This document shows positions 21,659 through 30,049 of a stretch of 50,259 bases of DNA, piece after piece. Every line of letters starts with the position of its first letter. Within the stretch, counting starts at the first letter, position 1. Origin of the DNA: Deltaproteobacteria bacterium (GTDB taxonomy: Bacteria; Myxococcota_A; UBA9160; SMWR01); contig JAQBGU010000087.1 of NCBI GenBank assembly GCA_032128375.1, positions 1-50,259 on the forward strand. Direction: 5' to 3'. Both the position numbers and the translations under genes were made by a program. A model generated the notes under the pieces. The model was given only the letters and a program-made list of their open reading frames with translations, was not told the origin of the DNA and made no database searches.

Positions 21659-22492
21659 TTAGCGCAATCCAGACGCTGGGCCAGTTGGGGGCCCGTCTTC
21701 ACCGCTGATGGCGACACAATTCTTTCCGGCTGCCTTCGCGCAGTACAGTGAGCGATCGGCTTCGTCGAAGAATCGCATTCGGTTGCCGACGAACTGAGCG
21801 ACCCCGATCGAAACCGTCACGCGGGTTGGGCGCCGCGAGTCGTCGAGTACGAACGATGCCTCGGCGATCGCGGTCCGCACCTTTTCGGCCAGCCGGTACG
21901 CGCCGTCGAGCGCGGTGTCCGGGGTCAGCACGACGAACTCCTCCCCTCCGTAGCGGGCCAACAGGTCGCTTTCGCGGATCGCTTCACGCATGATCTGGGC
22001 CAATCGACGCAGCAGTTCATCACCGGCCGCGTGCCCGAAACGGTCATTCAGGGATTTGAAGTCATCGATATCGATCATCAGCAGCGACAATGGTTCTCGG
22101 TATCGGTTGACTCGCTTGATCTCGCGGGTCAGGTGATCTTGGAAGCTGCGGTGATTGTTTAGCTGCGTCAGACCGTCCGTAATCGATAGCTGCTCGAGAA
22201 CCTGATTGGACCGCTGAAGACGGGTATTTCTCTCCGACAGGCGTTGGATGCGACCCGCAAGTTCCGCAATGGGCTCCAATGCGCGTCGATCGGCTTCACA
22301 CTGAACCTCGCGCTGGGCGCGCTTCGCCAGGAAAAAGGCGAGCGGGCTGGCGAGCCCGGCGATCGAGGCGGCCCCGGCCAGCCCGAACGTCGAATCACCA
22401 AGCTGGGCGTATACGACGCAAGCCGCGCTCGTCAGGGTAATAACGAGCACCGCGATCCGGGTAGCGAGGCTGTTCAACGCACGTGCATCCAT
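21659..22492 (-). CDS. Membrane-anchored diguanylate cyclase (2 TM, coiled coil, GGDEF)
   Basis: TDGLT, DIDDFKSLNDRFGH..GD, RESD I-site, ARYGGEEF, VSIGVA and AKAAGKN motifs. Confidence 0.95.
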   Translation of the reverse strand: MDARALNSLATRIAVLVITLTSAACVVYAQLGDSTFGLAGAASIAGLASPLAFFLAKRAQREVQCEADRRALEPIAELAGRIQRLSERNTRLQRSNQVLEQLSITDGLTQLNNHRSFQDHLTREIKRVNRYREPLSLLMIDIDDFKSLNDRFGHAAGDELLRRLAQIMREAIRESDLLARYGGEEFVVLTPDTALDGAYRLAEKVRTAIAEASFVLDDSRRPTRVTVSIGVAQFVGNRMRFFDEADRSLYCAKAAGKNCVAISGEDGPPTGPASGLR

Positions 22493-22586
22493 CGGTATCC
22501 CACGCGCGGGACCAGGCAAGTTGCCGGTCCCCTACCGGTCCAGCAGGCAAGTTTCGGCTCTGGGGGTTCGTTCCTCGCGGGTCCAT

Positions 22587-22614
22587 TTATCGTCCACCAG
22601 CTTCGGTCTCTTGA
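22587..22614 (-). promoter_or_regulatory. Putative sigma28/FliA-like promoter of the diguanylate cyclase
   Basis: Minus strand TCAA-N16-GACGATAA, a 7/8 match to GCCGATAA. Confidence 0.45.
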
Positions 22615-22651
22615 AGTCTTTCTGGCGTGAAATGTTCGATATACTTTGTGA

Positions 22652-22867
22652 TTTCAATAGGTTAGGGTGGTATCACGTCCGAATCCGGGTAGCTGTTCGC
22701 CGAATTGCAACCGGCGCAACGGCAACGCCTGTACGGCCGTGGCTTCCCACTCTTCGCAATCTTGTAAACCGAGATAACCCCTTGCAATCCCGATGAAAAT
22801 TGGACTTTTCGGAGTTTGCGCGCGCACGGTGCGTCAACTACTATGCGCGAGCATTTTCAGGGGGTTA
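22652..22867. promoter_or_regulatory. Three IHF-box-like sites in the AT-richer divergent promoter region
   Basis: TTTCAATAGGTTA (22652-64, +), TTGCAAGGGGTTA (22775-87, -) and TTTCAGGGGGTTA (22855-67, +), compared with the consensus WATCAANNNNTTR. Confidence 0.45.
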
Positions 22868-23019
22868 GCGGCTTTTTGTCATTTCGGGCGCCGATGCCGA
22901 CAAAGGCATCCGCCGCCGTTGATCGTCGGGCGACCAGCGATTTTCGAGAGGGTACCCTGGGTCGAGTGCTGTTCGCGAAGGTTCAAGGTGTCTCGCAGGT
23001 GAGGGTGCGACGGAAAGCG

Positions 23020-24186
23020 ATGATGGCCGATCCCAGAAAATCCCCGAATTCGAGTCTCCCAAGCGGAAATGCGCAAAGTGATCTCGACGGTTTGCGCTCG
23101 CAAATCGACGAAGTGGACCGCTGTCTGCTCGAGCAACTCAATCGACGCGCGACCTTGGTCTTGGAAGTCGGGCGCGTCAAGGAGTCGAGTGGCGCAAGCG
23201 TCTATGAAGAAGTCCGCGAGAAGCGCATCGTGACGGGGCTTGTCGATATCAATCCAGGACCCTTTCCCGATGTCGGGCTCGGCCCAGTATTTCGAGAGAT
23301 CATCTCCGCAACCCGTTCGCTCGAGCAGGGGGTGCTGATTGCATACATGGGTCCGGAGGGAACCTTCAGCCATCTCGCGGCGAACCAGAAGTTCGGCCGA
23401 ATGGCCTGCCTCTCAGTGGTTGCAACCATCGCCGACGTGTTTGCGGCTGTCGAGCGCGAGACCGCCGACCTGGGCGTCGTGCCCGTCGAGAACACGACTG
23501 AAGGCGTGGTCACACAGACCCTCGATACCTTCGTCGACGCCGACGTCTCCATTTGCGGTGAGGTTCTGCTTCCGATTGCCTACGACCTTGCGTCCAAGAG
23601 CGGACGGCTAGAGGACGTGAAGCAAGTAGCCTCGCATCCACAGTCGCTGGCTCAGTGTCGCGATTGGCTGGACCGCAACCTGCCGGGTGTCGACCGGATT
23701 GAGACAGCGAGTACGACTGCTGCCGCGCTACTGGCGGTCAAGGACGAATCCCTGGCCGCGATATGCAGTTCCGTGGCGGCGGAAAAGTACGGACTGGAAG
23801 TCAGTCGGGAGTCGATTCAGGACCGCATCGATAACACGACCCGGTTTCTGGTGATCGGAAAGCGAAGCCCTCGGCCGACGGGTAACGATCTGACTTCCGC
23901 GGTGTTTACGATCCGCAAGGATGAGCCTGGCGGGTTGCACCGTTTGCTCCAGCCTTTCGCGGCCGGCGGGATCAACCTGACATCGATTCACCTGCGCCCG
24001 ATCAAGGGCAAGCCGTGGGAGTATCTGTTCTTCTTGGAACTGGAAGGACACCGCAGCGAAGAGCGGGTCGAAAACGCGCTCGCGTCAGTCGCGAGCATCG
24101 CGCATTCGCACCGCGTGCTGGGATCGTTTCCGCGTGCGGAATCGCCTGCGAACGGAAAAACGGCGCGGCAGGAACGAGGCGACTGA
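23020..24186 (+). CDS. pheA: Bifunctional chorismate mutase/prephenate dehydratase (P-protein)
   Basis: LDGLRSQIDEVD chorismate mutase domain, YMGPEGTFS, VPVENTTEG, SHPQ, NTTRF and an ACT domain. ATG 23020/23023 is preferred over 22816. Confidence 0.95.
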   Translation: MMADPRKSPNSSLPSGNAQSDLDGLRSQIDEVDRCLLEQLNRRATLVLEVGRVKESSGASVYEEVREKRIVTGLVDINPGPFPDVGLGPVFREIISATRSLEQGVLIAYMGPEGTFSHLAANQKFGRMACLSVVATIADVFAAVERETADLGVVPVENTTEGVVTQTLDTFVDADVSICGEVLLPIAYDLASKSGRLEDVKQVASHPQSLAQCRDWLDRNLPGVDRIETASTTAAALLAVKDESLAAICSSVAAEKYGLEVSRESIQDRIDNTTRFLVIGKRSPRPTGNDLTSAVFTIRKDEPGGLHRLLQPFAAGGINLTSIHLRPIKGKPWEYLFFLELEGHRSEERVENALASVASIAHSHRVLGSFPRAESPANGKTARQERGD

Positions 24187-24189
24187 AGC

Positions 24190-25287
24190 ATGGCACTAAT
24201 CGACATTATCAAGCCGCACATTCGCGATCTCGAGCCCTACCAACCGGGCAAGCCCATCGAGGAACTCGAGCGAGAGCTCGGTATTGATCGCGCAATCAAG
24301 CTGGCGTCCAACGAGAGCCCGATCGGCCCATCGGCCAAGGCGCTCGACGCGGTTCGCGCGGCGCTCGACGGCGTTCACCGCTACCCCGATGGCGCGAGTT
24401 TTGCGCTGCGCGAGAGGCTCTCGGCTCTTCTCGACGTCGATGGAGAACAACTCGTATTTGGTTGCGGCGGTGACGAGATTCTGGAATTGCTGGCCAAGGT
24501 GCTGATCGGTCCGGGCGACGAAGCGATCTTCGCGTGGCCGTCGTTTGCAATGTACCCAGTGGTGGTCCAGGGCATGGGAGCCGTGTCGGTGAAGGTTCCG
24601 CTCAACGCCGACAAGGTTCACGATCTGTCGGCGATGGCCGCTGCGATCAATGATCGCACGCGCTTGGTGTTCGTCTGCAATCCCAACAACCCCACGGGTA
24701 CCAGTGTGGGCGCGGCCGAGTTCGACGCGTTCATGGAATCGTTGCCGGAAAACGTCGTCGTGGCGATCGACGAGGCATACCGCGAGTTCGTCCGGCGAGC
24801 TGACTTCCCCGATTCACTCCGCTGGGTGCGTCGCCGGCCGGGTACGCTGGTGTTGCGCACATTTTCCAAGATTTTCGGGCTGGCCGGCATGCGCATCGGA
24901 TACGGCGTCGCGGACCACGAACTCGCGGGTTACCTCCAGCGAGCGCGGCACCCATTCAATGTGAATCGTCTGGCAGAAGTGGCGGCACTCGCGGGACTGG
25001 ATGATGCCGAGCACGCTGAACGCGCCAAGAGCGTCAACGCCGAGGGCATCGAGTACCTGGCGCGTGAGCTTACCGCGCTGGGGATCGAAGTGTGGCCCAC
25101 CGACGCAAACTTCATGCTCGCCAGGGCGGGGTCCGATACCTGTCAGCAGCTGCTGGGTGAGGGCGTCATCGTTCGCCCGCTCGGTGCATTCGGAATGCCG
25201 GAGCACATCAGAATCAGTGTCGGGCTTCCCGAGGAGAATGAGCGACTGGTGAAGACATTGAAGAAGTTGCGCGAGGCGAAGGGTTGA
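24190..25287 (+). CDS. hisC: Histidinol-phosphate aminotransferase
   Basis: YQPGKPIEEL, KLASNE, YPD, CNPNNPTG, DEAY and LRTFSKIFGLAGMRIGY motifs. Confidence 0.96.
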   Translation: MALIDIIKPHIRDLEPYQPGKPIEELERELGIDRAIKLASNESPIGPSAKALDAVRAALDGVHRYPDGASFALRERLSALLDVDGEQLVFGCGGDEILELLAKVLIGPGDEAIFAWPSFAMYPVVVQGMGAVSVKVPLNADKVHDLSAMAAAINDRTRLVFVCNPNNPTGTSVGAAEFDAFMESLPENVVVAIDEAYREFVRRADFPDSLRWVRRRPGTLVLRTFSKIFGLAGMRIGYGVADHELAGYLQRARHPFNVNRLAEVAALAGLDDAEHAERAKSVNAEGIEYLARELTALGIEVWPTDANFMLARAGSDTCQQLLGEGVIVRPLGAFGMPEHIRISVGLPEENERLVKTLKKLREAKG

Positions 25288-26156
25288 GCCAAGCCGTCGT
25301 CAAATTCGATCGCGTCGCGGTCTTGGGTCTGGGCCTGCTCGGCGGCTCGGTCGCCGCTGCGGCCCGTCGCAGTGGGATTGCGCACAGCATCGTCGGGGCT
25401 ACCCGCAGCCAGGATGCGAGCGCGCTGGCGCTCGAGCGTGGCTGGATCGACAGCGTGGGAAGCCCAGCAGAAGCCGTTGAAGGGGCCGACCTCGTGGTGT
25501 TGGCGACGCCGGTCTACGCGATGGTCGACCTGTTGCGTAGCCTTTCGACGTCGCTTCGCGAGCGCGCAATCGTGACCGATGTCGGCAGCGTGAAGGCGGG
25601 CCTGGCTGAAACGCTGCCGGGCCTGTTGCCCAACGGGGTGTTGTACGTCGGCGCGCATCCCATGGCAGGCAGCCATGCTCGTGGCATCGAGTACGCGAGC
25701 GAGGCGCTGTTCGATTGCTCCACCTGTATCGTCACCGGTGTGCCCGGCACACAGCAGAGCGACAGGGTCTGTGCGTTCTGGAGCGCTCTCGGTGCAAGCA
25801 TCGAAATGCGAACCCCCGAAGAACACGACGCAGAGGTCGCATGGACGAGCCATGTTCCGCACACGCTGGCATTTGCATTTGCCTCGGCTTTCGGCTCATC
25901 ACCAGATGGCGCCAGCCAGGTTGCGGGTGCCGGGTTTCGCGATTTCACACGGATCGCCAACAGCGACCCGGAGTTGTGGAGCGATATCCTGACTGCGAAC
26001 CGTAAGGCGATCGCCGCGCCGCTGGCCGAGGTGGTAGAGACGCTCAGCGAGCTCGGCCGGGCGATCGAGAGCAACGATGCGGAGGCGGTCGAACGAACAA
26101 TCGCAAACGCGCGAGTGGCACTGGCGAGGATGGCTCGTGGAGAAGACGATCTTTGA
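25284..26156 (+). CDS. tyrA: Prephenate/arogenate dehydrogenase
   Basis: GLGLLGGS, TDVGSVK, HPMAGS, HD...SHVPH and GFRDFTRIA motifs. TTGA overlap with hisC. Confidence 0.95.
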   Translation: MSQAVVKFDRVAVLGLGLLGGSVAAAARRSGIAHSIVGATRSQDASALALERGWIDSVGSPAEAVEGADLVVLATPVYAMVDLLRSLSTSLRERAIVTDVGSVKAGLAETLPGLLPNGVLYVGAHPMAGSHARGIEYASEALFDCSTCIVTGVPGTQQSDRVCAFWSALGASIEMRTPEEHDAEVAWTSHVPHTLAFAFASAFGSSPDGASQVAGAGFRDFTRIANSDPELWSDILTANRKAIAAPLAEVVETLSELGRAIESNDAEAVERTIANARVALARMARGEDDL

Positions 26157-26204
26157 AATTGCACTCGAAGTTGCGGCCAACAGGTCCGAGAGCCAGCAAA
26201 GAGA

Positions 26205-26242
26205 ATGAGCTATGAGCCATGAGCCATAAGGACGAGCCATGA
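26205..26242 (+). repeat. Short degenerate heptamer tandem repeat (ATGAGCY)
   Basis: ATGAGCT ATGAGCC ATGAGCC ATAAGG ACGAGCC ATGA. Confidence 0.7.
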
Positions 26243-26370
26243 TGAACGAGGAAGGAAATACCCAAATAAGCGGAGCGAACGCGCGTGATGGTCACGCGCA
26301 CTCGATTTCGCATCACCTAGGCCGCATGTCAGTTCGAACGCGGTCCGGCAGGAAAAGTGAAAACAACTGA

Positions 26371-28083
26371 ATGACCGAGGCTAACGCAGGGAATGGCGAA
26401 TCATTCGCCGAATTGTTTGAAGTCATCAGCAAACCCCTCAAAGAGGGAGAAGTCGTCAGCGGGATCGTGCTGTCACTCGACGAGGACAACGTCCAGATCG
26501 ACATCGGGTTCAAGTCCGAAGGACTGGTGCCCACCTGGGAGTTCATGGCGGATAACGGAACTCTCTCGATCAAGGTCGGCGACACCGTCGATGTCTTGCT
26601 GGAGGAATCCGAAGATGCGCAAGGTCGAATCGTCCTGTCGAAAGAGAAAGCTGACCGTCTGAAAATCTGGGACGAGATCAGCCGCGCGTACAAAGCCGAA
26701 GAACCCATCGAGGGTCTGGTCGTTGCGCGGGTCAAGGGCGGTCTTGCTGTCGATGTCGGCGTGAAGGCGTTCTTGCCTGGATCGCAAGTCGATCTTCGGC
26801 CCGTGCGAAACCTCGAACACATCGTCAATCAGCGGCTCAATTTCAAGATCATCAAATTCAACAAGCGACGCGGCAACATCGTGCTCTCGCGGCGCGCGCT
26901 GCTCGAGACCGAACGCAAGATGCTGCGCGAAACGACGCTCGACACCTTGGCACCCGGCCAGATCGTGGACGGTGTGATCAAGAACTTGACCGATTACGGG
27001 GCGTTCATCGACCTCGGTGGCATCGACGGCCTGCTGCACGTGACCGACATGTCGTGGGGCCGCGTCAATCACCCGAGCGAGTTGTTCCACGTAGGCGACG
27101 AGATCAAGGTGAAGGTATTGAAGTTCGACGCCGATACCGAGCGGGTTTCGCTGGGTCTCAAGCAGATCCAACCGGATCCGTGGATCGACGCGAGCATGCG
27201 GTACCCGATCGGCAAGCGCATCGAGGGCAAGATCGTGTCGCTCGCCGAATACGGCGCATTCGTCGAACTGGAACCTGGCATCGAGGGACTGATACACGTC
27301 TCCGAGATGTCGTGGACCAAGCGCATCAAACATCCGTCGAAGGTCGTATCGGTCGCCGATGCCGTCGAGGCGGTGGTTCTCGATGTGTCGGAACGCGATC
27401 GGAAGATCTCGCTGGGCATGAAGCAGATCGAGCCGAACCCCTGGAGTGTGATCGAGGAGAGATATCCGATCGATGCACGCGTCAGTGGCACGATCCGAAA
27501 TATCACGAACTTCGGGCTTTTCGTCGGTCTCGAAGAGGGCATCGATGGACTGGTGCACGTCTCGGATATCTCGTGGACCGAGCAGATCAAACACCCGGGA
27601 GAGAAATTCAAGAAGGGTGATGTGGTCGATGCGGTAGTGCTGAAGATCGACAAAGAGAACGAGAAATTTTCGTTGGGGATCAAGCAGCTTCACGACAACC
27701 CATGGGAAGAAATTCTCAAGCGCTACCCGGTTGGCACCGAGGTGACCGGCGATGTCACCAACGTCGCCGACTTCGGTGCATTCGTGAAGCTCGATGAGGG
27801 CATCGAGGGGCTGATCTACAGCTCTGAGCTTTCATCGGAACGCGTTGACAACCCGAGTGATGTGGTCGCGGTCGGACAGACTGTGACTGCCATCATCACG
27901 AAGGTCGATCCGGTCGAGCAGAAAATCGCGCTGTCAATCAAGGCATTGACGGATCGCGAACAGCGCGACGCCTTGAAAAAGCTGGCCGTCCAGCAGTCGC
28001 AAAGTCAGACCTCGACGCTGGGTGACTTGTTGAAGCAGAAGCTTGCCGAAAAGGCGGGTGACGAAGGTGATAGCAGCGAGTAA
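26371..28083 (+). CDS. rpsA: 30S ribosomal protein S1
   Basis: Six S1 repeats (DIGFKSEG, AFLPGSQVD, YGAFIDLGGIDGLLHVTDMSW, etc.) and a C-terminal TLGDL. Confidence 0.98.
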   Translation: MTEANAGNGESFAELFEVISKPLKEGEVVSGIVLSLDEDNVQIDIGFKSEGLVPTWEFMADNGTLSIKVGDTVDVLLEESEDAQGRIVLSKEKADRLKIWDEISRAYKAEEPIEGLVVARVKGGLAVDVGVKAFLPGSQVDLRPVRNLEHIVNQRLNFKIIKFNKRRGNIVLSRRALLETERKMLRETTLDTLAPGQIVDGVIKNLTDYGAFIDLGGIDGLLHVTDMSWGRVNHPSELFHVGDEIKVKVLKFDADTERVSLGLKQIQPDPWIDASMRYPIGKRIEGKIVSLAEYGAFVELEPGIEGLIHVSEMSWTKRIKHPSKVVSVADAVEAVVLDVSERDRKISLGMKQIEPNPWSVIEERYPIDARVSGTIRNITNFGLFVGLEEGIDGLVHVSDISWTEQIKHPGEKFKKGDVVDAVVLKIDKENEKFSLGIKQLHDNPWEEILKRYPVGTEVTGDVTNVADFGAFVKLDEGIEGLIYSSELSSERVDNPSDVVAVGQTVTAIITKVDPVEQKIALSIKALTDREQRDALKKLAVQQSQSQTSTLGDLLKQKLAEKAGDEGDSSE

Positions 28084-28134
28084 GAAAGCGTGACTATGGC
28101 GTGACTACGAAAGTAGTAGCTACGAGCCGTACAG

Positions 28135-28164
28135 GCGCTCCCCGTCTGGGAAGGCGGGGAGCGC
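28135..28164 (+). other. Strong GC-rich hairpin with a GGGA tetraloop between rpsA and ihfB
   Basis: GCGCTCCCCGTCT-GGGA-AGGCGGGGAGCGC forms 13 bp with one G-U. There is no U-tract. Confidence 0.65.
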
Positions 28165-28202
28165 TTACGCGGCGTGGCAGAATCGCAGATCAGGGGGTGG
28201 GG

Positions 28203-28535
28203 ATGACGAAGAGCGGGCTGATCGAAACCATTGCCGCACAGACACCGCATATCTCGAAGAAGGATATGGAGATCGTCGTGAATACGATCTTCGATTCTAT
28301 GGCGCAGGCGTTGAAGCTGGGCGAACGCATCGAGATCCGCGGATTCGGCAGTTTTCAGGTCAAGATTCGTGAAGCGCGGGAGGGCCGTAACCCGAAGACC
28401 GGCGAGCCTGTGCACATCTCGGCCAAGCGGACTCCGTTTTTCAAGGTCGGTAAGGAACTGAAAGAGTTGGTTGACGGCTCCCCTGTTTCGACTGAATCGG
28501 ATTCAGAAGCGGATAACGGCGGTCTGATCGCGTAG
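28203..28535 (+). CDS. ihfB: Integration host factor subunit beta
   Basis: MTKSGLIE, RIEIRGFGSF, GRNPKTGE and PFFKVGKELKE motifs; follows rpsA. Confidence 0.95.
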   Translation: MTKSGLIETIAAQTPHISKKDMEIVVNTIFDSMAQALKLGERIEIRGFGSFQVKIREAREGRNPKTGEPVHISAKRTPFFKVGKELKELVDGSPVSTESDSEADNGGLIA

Positions 28536-28649
28536 CGATATTCGCTGTGTAGTTGGAGCTACGCTGTCTCGCTACCGATTTTTTGTTCCGTACTGGGCCG
28601 CGACATCGCAGCACGTACTTCGTATTACCAGGAGGACCGAGGCGACTCC

Positions 28650-28991
28650 ATGTTATTCGCGCGACGATTGATATCGCTGGTTGTCTTTGTTGCCCTGCTC
28701 GTGGGCGGTTGGTATTTCGCTGCGGGAAATTCCGATATGGTCTTGATTCATCACCCGGGCGGTGAGCTCGGCGAGTTCAAGATTTGGGCCGCACTGGGCA
28801 GTACTTTCGGGGCTGGCGTCGCACTCACTGCTTTGATCTCGATCTATCGGGGTGCGCGAATGCGTCTCGTGATGCGTCGTTATCGGAAGATGCTCGACGA
28901 TCTTCAGGCCGAAATCCATCAGCTGCGAAGCCTGCCACTCGAGGATTCGCCGGCGGCGCTTGAAGCCGCTTCACCGGAGCGAGGCTCGTAG
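28650..28991 (+). CDS. lapA: LapA-family LPS assembly protein A
   Basis: Two TM helices around N..V, and a C-terminal coiled coil ending EIHQLRSLPL. Synteny ihfB-lapA-lapB. Confidence 0.8.
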   Translation: MLFARRLISLVVFVALLVGGWYFAAGNSDMVLIHHPGGELGEFKIWAALGSTFGAGVALTALISIYRGARMRLVMRRYRKMLDDLQAEIHQLRSLPLEDSPAALEAASPERGS

Positions 28992-28996
28992 CGGGC

Positions 28997-30049
28997 GTGC
29001 GCTGGTTGACGCGGGCGTTCGGGGGGAACGCGCGCGCGCCGCGGGATATTGACTCCGCGCTGCGGGCAGCACTTCTCGCCCTACTCGATCGGGATCACGG
29101 TCGCGCTGAGGAACTCTTGGCTGCGGCGGTTCGATTCGACCCGGCTGACATCGATGTCTATCTGGCGCTGGCCCGGTTGTACTGCGTGCGAGGTGAGATC
29201 GGCCGTGCGATTCGTGTCCATCAAAACCTGCTCATGCGCGGGGACCTGAACCCAGAGCGGCGAGCCACAGTGCTTTGTGGCTTGGGCGCCGACTTCGTGC
29301 AAGGGGGGTATTTGCGACGTGCGATCGCTTCCTACGACGAAGTGATCGCGAGCGACAAGCGTCATGTACCTGCGTTGCGCGCACTGGTCAGGCTGCTGCC
29401 GCAAGTCCATGAGCTTCCGCGAGCGATCGAACTCGCGCGCAGGCTGGCGCGCCTGGATCGCAATGAACCGGCTGCGTTCACTGATGCCGAGCTGTACGTG
29501 AAGATGTCAGAGGAGGCGCGGGACGAGGAGAATTTCGACGCGTCCCGAAAGGCGGCCAAGAAGGCGCTGCGAAAAGACAAGCGCAGCGCGGCGGCATGGG
29601 TATTGGTAGGGCAGTCGGAGTCCGCGCGGGGTCGGTCCAAGGCTGCGCTGGCGGCGTGCTTGCGGGTTCTGACGCTCGACCGAAGCTACGGCCCATCGGT
29701 CTATCCTCTCATTCATACGACCTATTCCGCGCTGGGCCGGCCCGAGGAATTCGAAACGCTACTGCAAAAATTGCTGAAGGAGCGGCCGGACGATACAGAG
29801 GCACGACGCGCGTTGGCGAAGTGGCTGATCGCGCAGGGCGAGATCGAGGCGGCGGTGATCCAATTCCGCTCACTTCTGGAGCGAAATGAGAACGACCTGC
29901 AGGCGCGCGCCGAGCTGGGCCGCCTGCTGGTTTCGCAGGCAGAATCGGGCGGACGATTGGATGGCGTCGACGTGTTGGGCGAATACACAGCGCTGATCGA
30001 CGCGTTGGGTCGGGCTGGGCTGATTGGTGAGGAAAAGGAAGGCGCATGA
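28997..30049 (+). CDS. lapB: LapB-like TPR protein lacking the C-terminal rubredoxin domain
   Basis: YLALARLY..RGEIGRAIRVHQNL and LGADF..GGYLRRA are LapB signatures; TPR helices follow. Confidence 0.8.
   Translation: MRWLTRAFGGNARAPRDIDSALRAALLALLDRDHGRAEELLAAAVRFDPADIDVYLALARLYCVRGEIGRAIRVHQNLLMRGDLNPERRATVLCGLGADFVQGGYLRRAIASYDEVIASDKRHVPALRALVRLLPQVHELPRAIELARRLARLDRNEPAAFTDAELYVKMSEEARDEENFDASRKAAKKALRKDKRSAAAWVLVGQSESARGRSKAALAACLRVLTLDRSYGPSVYPLIHTTYSALGRPEEFETLLQKLLKERPDDTEARRALAKWLIAQGEIEAAVIQFRSLLERNENDLQARAELGRLLVSQAESGGRLDGVDVLGEYTALIDALGRAGLIGEEKEGA

Noticed and set aside
22816..23019. N-terminal extensions in the ORF track for pheA (also ihfB, dtd, coaE, queG and the methyltransferase)
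   Set aside because: The extensions precede the conserved family N-termini, so downstream starts were chosen.
26205..26242. Heptamer repeat as a CRISPR array
   Set aside because: Units are 7 bp with no spacers, and there are no cas genes.
26473..27693. 406-aa antisense ORF (also the similar ones at 1891-2739, 4276-5292, 34484-35629 and 45036-46007)
   Set aside because: They almost entirely overlap well-supported genes on the opposite strand and have no recognisable motifs.
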